From an uncultured delta proteobacterium (lineage in GTDB: Bacteria; Desulfobacterota; Binatia; UBA9968), in assembly GCA_963771465.1 (NCBI GenBank), contig CAVYTU010000017.1, forward strand, positions 1,100,641-1,164,640: DNA of 64,000 bases. The letters are read 5' to 3'. Below the pieces are notes generated by a model. That model ran no database searches, had not been told where the DNA came from, and saw only the letters and a program-made list of their open reading frames with translations. Both the position numbers and the translations under genes were made by a program. This document shows positions 1 through 10,329 of the stretch, in pieces. Each line of letters opens with the position of its first letter. The stretch's first letter is position 1.

Positions 1-65
1 ATGACCCAATAGCAAATTCCTTTCAGATTCCATTCAGATAAGCGCCAGCGGCGCTCTACCTCTTC

Positions 66-1157
66 GTGGCATCAGTGTTGCTCCTTCATCTTCTGGTGGG
101 GGAACACGTGGGAAGCCTGAAGCGATCTTACACTCTTATTCTTTTTCTTGTGAGTCTGACGCTCTCGTGTATGCCGAGTAACGGCACGGCGGATTCAAGC
201 CGCGATGAAGCGATTCAGCCGCTGGTCACGACTGCAGAGTTAGTTGTCGGTAGCAATCGTTTCGCCTTCGGCCTGTTAAAGGCCGGAAAGCTTATCGAAC
301 GCGCGGACGTGATGCTGCGTCTCTTTTCCCTCGATGGATCGGAAGCGAATCTTGCTGCCGAAGTCCAAGTTCCATATCAAACCGTTTCTAAAGTGAAACA
401 AGAGCGTGCACTGCATCGCCATGCCGACGGCACGGCACATGTGCATGGGGACGACTCGATGGTGCGCGGGCTTTACGTTGCGCAACTGAGTTTTTCTCGC
501 GGCGGGGATTGGGGCGTCGAATTGCATGTGAGCCAGAGCAACGGCGCTGTTGAGCCGGTGCGTTTTGCGGTTACAGTACAAGACAACTCGCCAACGCCAG
601 CGGTCGGTTCCGCTGCGCCCCGGAGCCGTAATCTCATCGCCCGCGATGTCAAGAATTTACGTCAGATCGATACCAGCCCCAAGCCCGATGCTCGGCTGCA
701 CCAGGTCCGCATCGCCGACGCCATCGCCCAGCGCAAGCCGCAGTTAATTGTTTTCGCCACGCCGCAGTTCTGTACGAGCCGCATGTGCGGACCGGTGGTC
801 GATATCGTGCGGACGTTGCTTCCTGCTTTTGGTAAACGAGTGGCATTTACGCATCAAGAGATCTGGCAGGACTTCGGCGAGAAGAAAATGTTTTCGACCG
901 TCGAAGAGTGGCAGCTCGATACGGAGCCATGGGTATTTATCGTCGATGGTGGCGGAATCATCCGGGCGAAGTTCGAAGGGCTCATGACCGCGCACGAGCT
1001 GGAAAGCAGTCTGCAGCAAATACTGACGCGCGTGCCGACCGGCCTCCGGCAGTCGTCGCGCCTCATTCCTTGGAAGGGAACAGTTATCGATGGAGAAAAT
1101 AGATTCTCTGAGAAGAGCGGCGCAAAGCGGTCCGCCCGGTTGAACATCGTCCCATGA
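66..1157 (+). CDS. Exported thioredoxin-fold protein with His-rich insert
   Basis: Hydrophobic N-terminus with lipobox-like LTLSC; HRHADGTAHVH segment; FATPQFCTSRMCGP (CxxxxC) and TEPWVFIVDGGG thioredoxin-like motifs. Start and C-terminal tail uncertain. Confidence 0.6.
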   Translation: MASVLLLHLLVGEHVGSLKRSYTLILFLVSLTLSCMPSNGTADSSRDEAIQPLVTTAELVVGSNRFAFGLLKAGKLIERADVMLRLFSLDGSEANLAAEVQVPYQTVSKVKQERALHRHADGTAHVHGDDSMVRGLYVAQLSFSRGGDWGVELHVSQSNGAVEPVRFAVTVQDNSPTPAVGSAAPRSRNLIARDVKNLRQIDTSPKPDARLHQVRIADAIAQRKPQLIVFATPQFCTSRMCGPVVDIVRTLLPAFGKRVAFTHQEIWQDFGEKKMFSTVEEWQLDTEPWVFIVDGGGIIRAKFEGLMTAHELESSLQQILTRVPTGLRQSSRLIPWKGTVIDGENRFSEKSGAKRSARLNIVP

Positions 1158-1256
1158 CGGTTCTCCGTGGGCCGTTGAGGGGGCGAATGGTGAGCGCCAT
1201 GGAGTTGGTTGTGAACGATTACTTTTATGAGCTTGAAAATAGTGGAGAAGACACAA

Positions 1257-1850
1257 ATGAAACGTTCAATACTATCGATGATCGGAATTTTGAGTTTCTG
1301 TGGTATCGGCCTGATCTCTTCCTCGGCGACGGCGATCGACGGTCCCATGGCCAACGCAACTGTAAGCTTTGGTCAGTGGGACCCGAATGATCCCGACCTT
1401 CCATCGCCAACACTGAATAGGTTGCTGGGTGACCCGGCGGGCGGATTGGGTAACAACCATGAGCTCATTCCTAACATTGCGACCATAAAGGCAGGTGGTG
1501 CAGTCAATTTCATCATTAGCGGCCAGCACATCGTCAGCGTTTACGATAACGGACACCAACCTAGTGACATCAATACAACGATAGAAGTGGATAACCCTGC
1601 CACACTAACGGTGAATGAAGCTTGTGCTACTAACGCCGGTGGAGTTCTCAGTGACTCCAATAGACGAATCTATAGGGGGCCATGCCATGTTTCTACCGCT
1701 ATTCCTCCCGTTGCTTCTGCGACTCGGCGCGACGGCGTTGAAGTAGTGAAGTTCTCAAAGCCCGGCACTTATCTGGTAATCTGTGCGCGGACGAATCATT
1801 TCGTTGACGACGGCATGTTCGGTTATGTGAGAGTGTTGCCGGGGCACTAA
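1257..1850 (+). CDS. Secreted cupredoxin (blue-copper-like) protein
   Basis: Signal peptide MKRSILS..., preceded by GGAG. C-terminal PGTYLVIC-ARTN-H-FVDDG-M and upstream GQH fit a type-1 copper ligand set. Confidence 0.7.
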   Translation: MKRSILSMIGILSFCGIGLISSSATAIDGPMANATVSFGQWDPNDPDLPSPTLNRLLGDPAGGLGNNHELIPNIATIKAGGAVNFIISGQHIVSVYDNGHQPSDINTTIEVDNPATLTVNEACATNAGGVLSDSNRRIYRGPCHVSTAIPPVASATRRDGVEVVKFSKPGTYLVICARTNHFVDDGMFGYVRVLPGH

Positions 1851-1952
1851 AACTGTCAGATGAAACTAGCGCACGGCGGAGTCTGCGACTTCGCCGTGCG
1901 CTGGGTGCGTAGATATCGGCTGGACTGGAAACGTTTCTCTACGGAGGGGACT

Positions 1953-3188
1953 ATGAAAACTTTTACTAAATCGCTGCTGATTGTGTTCGTCGTAGCGATG
2001 GCAGCCTCGTCAGTGAAGGCGGACATCATCGCCGATTGGAACGAAATGGCGGTCAACGCCGGTGCTAAGGCGCGCGTCGGGAATACTCCGACCGCTAGAG
2101 CCATAACGATGGTTCATTTGGCAATGTTCGAGGCGGTCAATTCGATCGAGCCGCGTTACACGCCTTATCGAGCGCGGTTATCGGCGGATGCTGGCACGTC
2201 GCGCGATGCCGCAGCCGCGAGCGCCGCCCATACCGTTTTGGTCCGGATATATCCCGAGCAAACTGCGGAACTGGATAAGGCGCTCCAAGCATCGCTCGCG
2301 ACCGTGCCGGAGGGAACATCCAAATCCCAAGGCGTTCAACTCGGCCAACAGAGCGGCACTGCTATAGTCAGCGAACGGCGTGACGACGGTTCGGACGCGC
2401 CCAACACCTACCGGCCGTTCACGGTCGTTGGCAAGTACGTTCCAACTGTTTTCCCAATTAATTCAAGTGTTGGCGCCATGAAACCTTTTTCGCTTAAGTC
2501 CGGTAGTCAGTTGCGGCCGCCGGCGCCTTACTCGCTCAAAGGCGCACAGTGGGCAAAGGACTTCAGCGAAGTAAAAAACTTGGGAGCAAAGACCGGTTCG
2601 GTGCGTACAACGGAGCAGACCGATATCGCTCGCTTTTGGGAATTGACAGGACCAGCGACGTACAACCCGGTGGTACGTCAGCTTTCAGCGGCTAAAGGAC
2701 TCGATATTTTAGATAACGCGCGCTTGTTCGCGCTCTTCTCCATGGCAACGGCCGATGCTGGGATCGCCATCTTCGATGCTAAATACACCTACAACTTCTG
2801 GCGCCCGGTGACGGCGATCCGTAATGCAGACCTAGACGGTAACAATGCTACCGAGCGAGATCCGACGTGGGAGCCGTTTATAGCAACGCCCATGCACCCG
2901 GAATATCCCTGCGCCCACTGTATCTCCCAGAGTAGTGCAGCCAGTGTACTCGAGGCGTTTTTCGGCGACGCCGTGCCAACGTTTACGATGACCAGCACGA
3001 CCGCGCCGGGAGTGACACGTAAATTTTCCAAGCTATCCGACTACGTCACGGAAGTCGTCAATGCTCGAGTTTATGATGGTGTGCATTACCGCACCTCCGG
3101 CGAGGTCGGCGCTGCGATGGGCCGCAAGAACGGCCAATATGCGGTGCAGAATTATTTGAAACCGGTCGCTCAAAGCGCGGCGCGTTAG
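1953..3188 (+). CDS. Vanadium-dependent haloperoxidase / PAP2 superfamily protein, secreted
   Basis: Motifs KYTYNFWRP, HPEYPCAH and RVYDGVHY; signal peptide after GGAGGGG RBS at the ATG at 1953. Confidence 0.8.
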   Translation: MKTFTKSLLIVFVVAMAASSVKADIIADWNEMAVNAGAKARVGNTPTARAITMVHLAMFEAVNSIEPRYTPYRARLSADAGTSRDAAAASAAHTVLVRIYPEQTAELDKALQASLATVPEGTSKSQGVQLGQQSGTAIVSERRDDGSDAPNTYRPFTVVGKYVPTVFPINSSVGAMKPFSLKSGSQLRPPAPYSLKGAQWAKDFSEVKNLGAKTGSVRTTEQTDIARFWELTGPATYNPVVRQLSAAKGLDILDNARLFALFSMATADAGIAIFDAKYTYNFWRPVTAIRNADLDGNNATERDPTWEPFIATPMHPEYPCAHCISQSSAASVLEAFFGDAVPTFTMTSTTAPGVTRKFSKLSDYVTEVVNARVYDGVHYRTSGEVGAAMGRKNGQYAVQNYLKPVAQSAAR

Positions 3189-3300
3189 AGCTGTGTGATT
3201 TTCGAGTTGCGAACGAAAAAAAGAGAAAAACGACTCTCAGATTTTACCGAGATGACCAGGTCGGCGAATATGCCGGTTTGTCACTAAGCCGGTAGCGAAA

Positions 3301-4314
3301 TCATTTCTGATAGAGCTTGGCAGCAAAGCCGCTCTTTTCGATCTCGCGCAAAATCGTCCCGTCGATGAACTGCTCGGGCTTGGCATTTTTTGCGCGTGGG
3401 TCACGCTCGGCCATCCAGGTAAGCTGGGTTTGGATCGCGGCAGGCGATGGATGCGGGATAGGCTGATACAGTTCTTTGTAAAGCCGATAGACTTCTTCCA
3501 AAGCTTCGCGATCATCGATTTTCAAATATTTTCTGAGCGCGTTGATCGACGGCTCGGGATTCTGCTTGACCGTGTAGATGCCTTCGATGATTGCGCGCAT
3601 GTAGCGCGTCACGACATCGGGTTGGGTTTTGAGAAAAGCCCGGCTGGTGATCACTTCGAGCTGAGGAAAGGGGATGTCATATTGGGTCGGGTCGACCAGT
3701 ATGGCGAAGCCGGCCTTCTTGGCGAGGCTAAAAAACTCCGGGGTCAAAACCGTCGAATCAACGCTGCGCTTGCTCAAGGCCGATAATCGAGTGCTGGTGC
3801 CGCCGGTCTGAAGAATCGTCACATCTTTGTCGGGCGTGAGGCCGTAGCGCTGCAGAATCAAGCGCGCCGCCAAATCAGAGGCGCTGCCGAAGCGTGACAC
3901 GGCTAACCGTTTGCCCTTCAATTGCTCGATGGTTTTAGTCTCTTTTTGCGCCAGCAGCGCATACGGCATGCGACTTTCGATGCTGGAGATCGACACGATG
4001 TCGCTGCCGGCCAAGTTGCTGCTCACCGCCACGGTGCCGCCGCCCATGGCGATCTGGGTTTCGCCGGCGGTGAGCGCTTGCACCGTGGTAACGCCGCTTT
4101 CGATTAGCACGACATCGACGCTCAGGCCGTGTTTCTCGAAGATCTTCGCTTCCTTCGCGAGCCAATACGCCGCCATGTTGGCGGTCAGCGCGCTGTAGGA
4201 AGTTTTCAGGCGGGTCAGTTGGGCGTGTGCGTTACCCACCGTCAACAGGCTGACAAAAAAGATCAGACCGATCGGTCTGATCCGGCGGATCTGTCTGATC
4301 CCTTCATTACTCAT
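3301..4314 (-). CDS. ABC transporter substrate-binding protein (NMT1/SsuA-like)
   Basis: Signal peptide ending AHA; LKGKRLAVSRFGSASD; C-terminal EIEKSGF typical of this expanded family. Confidence 0.85.
   Translation of the reverse strand: MSNEGIRQIRRIRPIGLIFFVSLLTVGNAHAQLTRLKTSYSALTANMAAYWLAKEAKIFEKHGLSVDVVLIESGVTTVQALTAGETQIAMGGGTVAVSSNLAGSDIVSISSIESRMPYALLAQKETKTIEQLKGKRLAVSRFGSASDLAARLILQRYGLTPDKDVTILQTGGTSTRLSALSKRSVDSTVLTPEFFSLAKKAGFAILVDPTQYDIPFPQLEVITSRAFLKTQPDVVTRYMRAIIEGIYTVKQNPEPSINALRKYLKIDDREALEEVYRLYKELYQPIPHPSPAAIQTQLTWMAERDPRAKNAKPEQFIDGTILREIEKSGFAAKLYQK
4261..4300. repeat. 22-bp perfect palindrome plus partial copy inside a signal-peptide coding region
   Basis: GATCAGACCGATCGGTCTGATC (4261-4282) is its own reverse complement; followed by CGGCGGATCTGTCTGATC. 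Confidence 0.75.
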
Positions 4315-5144
4315 GGGCGACCCTCACCCAGCAAAAACTCCGTTAGCACACGGTTAAACTCTTCGGTCTCCTCGATCTGGGGTTCGTGCGCCGAGCGTTT
4401 GAAACGATAAACTCTTGAGCCTGAGACGATCTTTTGAAAGTTTACGTCCCAATCGCTCTGATTGAGCAGATCGTGATCACACGACATGATCAGCAGCGGC
4501 GTAGTCAATTGCGCTAGCTGCTTGACGAACTCTTCGGTTGTCGAGCGCACTTGGTGCGCCGGACTGCGCAAACGCGCGGCGGACAACGTTTCCCATGCGC
4601 CGGGGATGATCGAGCTGGCGTAGCGCTCGCGAATATTTTCCTCGCTCTGCCACTTGGCGTCGTGGTAGAGCAGCGCGACGATCTTTTTCATATTTTCCGG
4701 CGACGGGGTGTAGTTTTCCAAGTCGGCTTGGGAGTTGGTCTTGAACACGCTGGCGTTGCCGCAGATGGTCACCATTTTTTGAATCTGAAACGGCGCTGGA
4801 GTGCGCACTGAAGCGCGCAGAACCAAGCCGCCGCCGGCGGAATTGCCGACGAAGAATGCTCTGCCGATGCCCAATATTTCCAGAAAGCGCTGCACATGCT
4901 TGATGCGCAAGCCCGCCGGGTCGGTGAAGCTGTAGAGTTTATCGGTTTGACCCCAGCCCAAAATATCCGGCGCCACGATATGGAAACGTTTAGCCAGCGC
5001 GTCGATATTGTAGCGCCAGGTGATTTCCGCTGACGCGCCGTACTCGCCGCCATGGAGCAGAACCAGATCGGGCCCGCTGCCGGCTTCGAGGAAATGGGTC
5101 TTGACGTCGCCGACCAGAATCGTGCGGTGTTGGTAACTTGCCAT
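4311..5144 (-). CDS. Alpha/beta-fold hydrolase (meta-cleavage hydrolase-like)
   Basis: LLHGG oxyanion motif, GNSAGG nucleophile elbow, C-terminal SAHEPQIE histidine. Confidence 0.85.
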   Translation of the reverse strand: MASYQHRTILVGDVKTHFLEAGSGPDLVLLHGGEYGASAEITWRYNIDALAKRFHIVAPDILGWGQTDKLYSFTDPAGLRIKHVQRFLEILGIGRAFFVGNSAGGGLVLRASVRTPAPFQIQKMVTICGNASVFKTNSQADLENYTPSPENMKKIVALLYHDAKWQSEENIRERYASSIIPGAWETLSAARLRSPAHQVRSTTEEFVKQLAQLTTPLLIMSCDHDLLNQSDWDVNFQKIVSGSRVYRFKRSAHEPQIEETEEFNRVLTEFLLGEGRP

Positions 5145-5156
5145 GCTTTGGAACGT

Positions 5157-5927
5157 CTAAAGAAAAGCCACGCCGCCGTCGACGGCGACGGTTTGACCGG
5201 TCATAAAATCGCTCAGCGGCGAGGCGAGAAAGAGCATGGTGCCGACCAAGTCCTTGGGCAACTGCACGCGCTTCAAGGCGCGATCGGCCAAGCGCGCGCC
5301 GCGCATTTTGAGCACTTCTTCGGTGGGATTTTCCTCCGAAAGCGTCGAGCCCGGCGCGATCGCGTTGACGTTGATGTTGTCGTCGCCGACTTCGCGGGCC
5401 AACGTGCGCGTGAAGCCGATGACGCCGGCTTTCGATGTCACGTAGTGAATTCGCCCGGCGCTGCCGTTGAGCGCGGTGCCAGAAGAGATATTGATGATCT
5501 TGCCTGATTTTTGTTGGCGCATGGTCGGCAAGACGGCGCGGGTGCAGAAAAATAAACCTTTGAGATTGACCGTCATCATCCGGTCCCATTCCGCTGGATC
5601 GATGGTATCGATGCCGCCGCGATTCATCGGAATCGTCGAAAAAATCGCCGCGTTATTGACCAATACATCGATGCGACCGAATTTATCGAGCGTTAGCTTT
5701 GCCATGTCTTTGGTCGACTGCTCGTTGGCGACGTCGACTTTGGCGCCAAGCGCTTTGCCGTCAAACTGTTTGACGGCTTCGCCGGCGACTTTGTCCGCCG
5801 CCGGCGCGTCGATGTCAGCGACGACGACTTTAGCGCCGGCTTCGGCGAATCCGTGGCAATAGGCGCGGCCAATGCCATGACCGCCGCCGGTGACGATGAC
5901 AACCTTGTCTTTGAGTCCTTGGATCAT
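5157..5927 (-). CDS. Short-chain dehydrogenase/reductase
   Basis: TGGGHGIG, NNAA, YVTSK. Confidence 0.9.
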   Translation of the reverse strand: MIQGLKDKVVIVTGGGHGIGRAYCHGFAEAGAKVVVADIDAPAADKVAGEAVKQFDGKALGAKVDVANEQSTKDMAKLTLDKFGRIDVLVNNAAIFSTIPMNRGGIDTIDPAEWDRMMTVNLKGLFFCTRAVLPTMRQQKSGKIINISSGTALNGSAGRIHYVTSKAGVIGFTRTLAREVGDDNINVNAIAPGSTLSEENPTEEVLKMRGARLADRALKRVQLPKDLVGTMLFLASPLSDFMTGQTVAVDGGVAFL

Positions 5928-6004
5928 TTGTTTGCTCCCATGAATTGATTTGGCGTCAAAATAGCCTTAGAACTTTTTGAGTGTCAAGCTGACAATTTGC
6001 TTCT

Positions 6005-6787
6005 ATGCAAAAAAGTAGTGATATTGCGCTGAAGGTAATGGATTCAATGAGATGTCTCGATAAGTTTTATTTTCAACCTTTCATCGTCTTGCTGTGCGGA
6101 CTGGTTCTTTGGGTCGACCTGGGGCCGGCTGCCGAGGTCGCACCGAACCCGGACACGTTGCCGATGTACGGCCAGCCGAAGATTCCCCGCTCGGAAGCGC
6201 AGAAGTCCGCCGATGAGGGGTTCGTTCGCGACAACACGCTGAGATTTAGAAACCGTGCGGCGGGAAGTGTCGCGTTTGCGGCGCAAGGTTGGACGGCGCT
6301 GCGCGCCAAGCAGGTCGATGTCGCCATGCAACGATTTAATCAGGCCTGGTTGATGAATCCGAAATACTACGGCGCGTTCTGGGGTTTCGGCGCGGCCCTG
6401 AGCGAGCGCGGCCGCTTGATCGAAGCGATTGAGCAGCTTGAAACCGCACGCACTCTGATCGACGAGCCCGCCCAGCGCCCTGCATTGCTCGCCGACTTGG
6501 GCGCACTGCATTCCGAGTACGCTGTACGCTTGCCCGCCGATAAGCAGCTCGACCGCGCCCAGCATTTCGTCTTGGCCAATTCTCGCTTCACCGAAAGCGT
6601 CGATAACGACCCCAATTTTGCGTCGGCTTGGCGCGAGTGGGCGATGTCGCTCTATGATCAGGAGCGCTATTCCGAAGCTTGGGTAAAGGCGAAGCGGGTG
6701 CAGGAACTGGGAGGCGAGCCGTTGCCAGCGGAATTTCTAAAAAAACTTTCGGCGAAGCTGCCGGAACCCAAGTCACCTGACAAATAG
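6005..6787 (+). CDS. Tetratricopeptide-repeat protein, probably exported
   Basis: AMQRFNQAWLMNP and further TPR-like helices; hydrophobic segment near N-terminus; start uncertain. Confidence 0.7.
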   Translation: MQKSSDIALKVMDSMRCLDKFYFQPFIVLLCGLVLWVDLGPAAEVAPNPDTLPMYGQPKIPRSEAQKSADEGFVRDNTLRFRNRAAGSVAFAAQGWTALRAKQVDVAMQRFNQAWLMNPKYYGAFWGFGAALSERGRLIEAIEQLETARTLIDEPAQRPALLADLGALHSEYAVRLPADKQLDRAQHFVLANSRFTESVDNDPNFASAWREWAMSLYDQERYSEAWVKAKRVQELGGEPLPAEFLKKLSAKLPEPKSPDK

Positions 6788-6816
6788 ATTCACAAATATT
6801 ATCCCGCGACTGGCGA

Positions 6817-7668
6817 TTGTCTCGCTGCGCCCGGACAGGCCGCAGGCAAGAGCACGGTCGGCGACGTCTAATTCTGATATTGTTCGCTTGCGCGCTCGTG
6901 TTGCCGCTTCAAGCGCTGGCACAAAAGAGCAACGATGCTAATAGATTTTTATCAATCTGGGCGGGCAGCTTGCCGCTGATACTTTCGGCGCCTCACGGTG
7001 GGCGCGAAGCGATTCCTGGCGTGCCGCTACGCCGCGGCGTCGGAGTGGCGCAGTTCAGCACCGGCCGTGACAACAATACCGACGAACTCGCGGCGGCGAT
7101 AGCGCTCAAAATTGGCGCTAGTCTCGGCGTAAAACCGTTCGTCGTGATCGCTCGCTTCGATCGCAAGTTTCTTGACGTGAACCGACCGTCGACCGGAGCC
7201 TATGAGTCGGCGGCGGCACAGCCGTTCTACGACGCCTATCATCGTGCACTTGAAGAGTCGGCTGAGAAAGTTCGCGCGCAATGGGGCGGTGGTCTGCTGC
7301 TTGATCTGCACGGTCAGGGTGCCGAGATCGACACGATCTACCGCGGCACCGACAACGGTGAAACCGTTGCCGCGTTAGTGCAGCGCTACGGCAAGGAAGC
7401 CATAAACGGCGCCCATAGTATTTTTGGACAGCTTGCTGCCAAGGGTTACAAAGTTCTGCCCGATCCGAGCGGGATCGAGCGCGAGCGCCGCTACATCGGC
7501 GGCTACACAGCGCGGACCTACGGCAGTCACCGCGGTACGAAGATCGATGCCATTCAAATTGAGCTCGGCACCAACCTGCGCGCCAAGGCCAATCTGCAAC
7601 GCACGGCGCAGGATTTGGCAGCGGCCATCGAGGTGTTTGCCAAAGCCTTCCTGCCCGTCGACAAATAG
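6817..7668 (+). CDS. N-formylglutamate amidohydrolase family protein (exported)
   Basis: SAPHGG, DVNR, LLDLHGQ, AIQIE motifs; signal peptide. Confidence 0.75.
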   Translation: MSRCARTGRRQEHGRRRLILILFACALVLPLQALAQKSNDANRFLSIWAGSLPLILSAPHGGREAIPGVPLRRGVGVAQFSTGRDNNTDELAAAIALKIGASLGVKPFVVIARFDRKFLDVNRPSTGAYESAAAQPFYDAYHRALEESAEKVRAQWGGGLLLDLHGQGAEIDTIYRGTDNGETVAALVQRYGKEAINGAHSIFGQLAAKGYKVLPDPSGIERERRYIGGYTARTYGSHRGTKIDAIQIELGTNLRAKANLQRTAQDLAAAIEVFAKAFLPVDK

Positions 7669-7839
7669 TTCGACAGCTTGCGCACCACGGCATCACCACC
7701 AACCACGTTACTGTGCTTGCGACGCTTCTGTCTTTTCTCGCGGGTGCGTCGATCGCCGGTAACCCGGTGCCGAGGGAAATTTTCAATCGTGGGATTGATC
7801 ATTGTATACTGGGCTTCGATTCGAGCTCGGGAGGTTTTC

Positions 7840-8361
7840 ATGGTGAACCGGGTGATTTTCTTATGTGGTGTGTTTGCTTGTGTTGCAATTGCGAATTCTG
7901 CTGAGCGGAATTGGCCTGGCGCGCCGCCGGATTGCTGGCAGGAAGCGCGCAACGTTCATGGCGGCGATTCTGCCGATATGTGGAAAATCAACACGGTCAT
8001 TCGGAAACTCAAAGATGGCAAACTCAAACCTGGCGTTCATTCGCTCAATAGAGGTTATTTCTTTGTCGCCGAAGAAGGCCGGCCAAATGGCGTGGTGACT
8101 ATCTTCGCGGAAAAATCTTATCTCATTCGCATCGAGTTTAGTCACCTCTTCGGTCTTTCAGAAGTAAAGTGGGTCAATGAGAAATTGCTATTCATGCGTC
8201 CCTGGTGGGGCCGGATTGCCGCGACGGATTTGATCTACGACGTCGAGGCGGAAAGGTTTATCTACGCCGAAAGCGTCACAGATGCGTACTTGGCGTTGCA
8301 ACAGTTTCGTGAAAGTTGCCCGGTGCACGGCTGTGAGTGTATCAAAAAGAAATTGGAGTAA
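7840..8361 (+). CDS. Hypothetical secreted protein
   Basis: GGGAGG RBS before ATG 7840; signal peptide; Cys-rich C-terminus CPVHGCEC. Confidence 0.6.
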   Translation: MVNRVIFLCGVFACVAIANSAERNWPGAPPDCWQEARNVHGGDSADMWKINTVIRKLKDGKLKPGVHSLNRGYFFVAEEGRPNGVVTIFAEKSYLIRIEFSHLFGLSEVKWVNEKLLFMRPWWGRIAATDLIYDVEAERFIYAESVTDAYLALQQFRESCPVHGCECIKKKLE

Positions 8362-8438
8362 TAGAGTGTTGAAATAATGGAGTACTGGGTTTCACTCCCC
8401 ATGACTCCAATACTCATGACTCCAATAGCCCATTCCTC
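8354..8438. repeat. Intergenic inverted short-unit repeat (GGAGTA / ACTCCA units)
   Basis: Degenerate GGAGTA-type units followed by ACTCCA/ACTCC units, between convergent genes. Confidence 0.55.
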
Positions 8439-8441
8439 CCC

Positions 8442-9275
8442 TCACACCGCTATGGTTTGTCCGCCGTCGACGACCAGCGCGTGGCCAGTAACGAACGAAG
8501 CTTCATCGGAAACCAAAAAGAGTACGCCGTAGGCGATCTCTTCCGGGCGGCCCATTCGAAGCATTGCTTTGTTGCTGCTGCCCATCTTTTTTCTTTGCTC
8601 ATCGGTCATGCCTTCGCCAAGCGTTGGCCGGGGTGGAAACCCCCTGAAGCGCGGTGTCTCGATGGCGCCCGGGCAAACGCAGTTGATGCGAATTCCCATC
8701 GGGCCGTAATCAATCGCCATCTCGCGAGTCAAATTGATGATCGCCGCTTTGGTCGCGCAGTAGCCGGGATATTCCGCCGACGCGAGCAGACCGAAGGTCG
8801 ATGCGGTGGTTACCATGTTGCCGCTGCCTTGTTTGATAAACTGTGGCATGACTGCGCGTGCGCCGCGATACATCGCGTTGAGATTGGTGTTCAAGACGAA
8901 GTTCCATTCTTCGTCGGTGTGTTCGTGGATTTTTTTGCGAATGCCGGCGCCGGCGTTGTTGTAAAGAATATCGATCCTGCCGAACGAATCCAGCGCCGTT
9001 TTCACTGCGTGGTCTAAATCTTCCTGCTTAGTGACGTCGCAATTGGCGAAGATCGCCGCGCCGCCTTCCTTGTCCTTAATCAATTGATCGATGCGCGGCG
9101 CAATGGTTTCCTGAATATCGCAGCAAACTACTTTTGCTCCCTCGCGCGCGAACAAGCGCGCCGTCGCGCGGCCGATGCCGCTGTTGGCGCCGGTAATGAT
9201 CGCGACTTTGTCTTTTAGCCGTCCGAGGCCGGGCCGAAGCATTTCGTGCTCGTCTTTCAAAATTATTTCCGCCAT
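8442..9275 (-). CDS. Short-chain dehydrogenase/reductase
   Basis: TGANSGIG, NNAG, YCATK. Confidence 0.9.
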   Translation of the reverse strand: MAEIILKDEHEMLRPGLGRLKDKVAIITGANSGIGRATARLFAREGAKVVCCDIQETIAPRIDQLIKDKEGGAAIFANCDVTKQEDLDHAVKTALDSFGRIDILYNNAGAGIRKKIHEHTDEEWNFVLNTNLNAMYRGARAVMPQFIKQGSGNMVTTASTFGLLASAEYPGYCATKAAIINLTREMAIDYGPMGIRINCVCPGAIETPRFRGFPPRPTLGEGMTDEQRKKMGSSNKAMLRMGRPEEIAYGVLFLVSDEASFVTGHALVVDGGQTIAV

Positions 9276-9342
9276 AAGCTTTGTCTCCGTTGGTGAATTT
9301 GATCGCTATGGAGTACTGGCCCACGTCCTGTGAAGGATCGGA

Positions 9343-10329
9343 TTATTTTTTATACAGCTGCTTGATAAACCCGGATTTTTCCAGCTCGGCGACAAGGCTC
9401 AGATCGACATACGTTTTAGGATCGGCGGACGCCGCCTTAGGGTTCTTGGGCGCCATATCATCAAGCATGGTTTTCACGCCATCGGCGGTTGGATAGGGGA
9501 CTTCGGGAAACACGTTCGAATAGTCCTTGTACGCTCGCTCCAGGCCCTCGGGATCGGCGACGCCGAGATTTTTCTTGAAGAGGCCCTTGGCATACTCCTT
9601 CTCGGTTTTGATGATATGGATCGCCTCGATCATGGCGCGGGTCAGTTTTAGCATAAGCGGCCTTTTGGTTTTGACGATGGCTTCCCGGCTGAGGATGCCG
9701 TTCCACCAGAAGGGGATCTTGAGATCGGTGATGTTGTAAAGATTGCGAAAGCCGAGTTTTTCCGCCTGGGTCAGGAAAGGTTCCGGTATGATGGTGAACT
9801 GAGTTACGCCCTTTGAAAGTGCCGCGAATCTTTCGGCGGTGCCTCCCGTGGGAATAATCTTCACATCCTTGTCCGGGTCAACCCCAAGTTTTCTCAGCGC
9901 CAGCCGCAATCCTAGATCAGACGTGCTGCCCAGGCGATTGACACCGGCTGTTTTGCCCTTGAGTTGTTCGACTGCGGTAACGTTCGACAATGAGACAATG
10001 TGGTCGACGAACGTAGGAACCACGCCTACGATCATCACCGTGTCGGCGCCGGCGAGGCGCGAGCTCGTTAGCGTCGTCACTGAAATGCTCGCCGCGTCGA
10101 TTTCATTTGCCAGTAGCGCTTGCAGCACGGTCGGGCTGGCGTTGATCGCGATGATTTCCGGCGTCACGCCTTGTTTCTGCATGAGCTTGCGGTCTTCGAT
10201 GACCCAGATCGGACTGTTGGTCGGGCTGAAGCCAGCCCATGCCAGGCGTAATCTTTCCTGAGCGCCGGCAAATGGTAATTGCGCGGTCATGGCGAGAGTG
10301 CCGGCGAGAGCGAAGATGACTCTATTCAT
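9343..10329 (-). CDS. ABC transporter substrate-binding protein (NMT1/SsuA-like)
   Basis: Signal peptide; LKGKTAGVNRLGSTSD; ELEKSGFIKQLY. Confidence 0.85.
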   Translation of the reverse strand: MNRVIFALAGTLAMTAQLPFAGAQERLRLAWAGFSPTNSPIWVIEDRKLMQKQGVTPEIIAINASPTVLQALLANEIDAASISVTTLTSSRLAGADTVMIVGVVPTFVDHIVSLSNVTAVEQLKGKTAGVNRLGSTSDLGLRLALRKLGVDPDKDVKIIPTGGTAERFAALSKGVTQFTIIPEPFLTQAEKLGFRNLYNITDLKIPFWWNGILSREAIVKTKRPLMLKLTRAMIEAIHIIKTEKEYAKGLFKKNLGVADPEGLERAYKDYSNVFPEVPYPTADGVKTMLDDMAPKNPKAASADPKTYVDLSLVAELEKSGFIKQLYKK

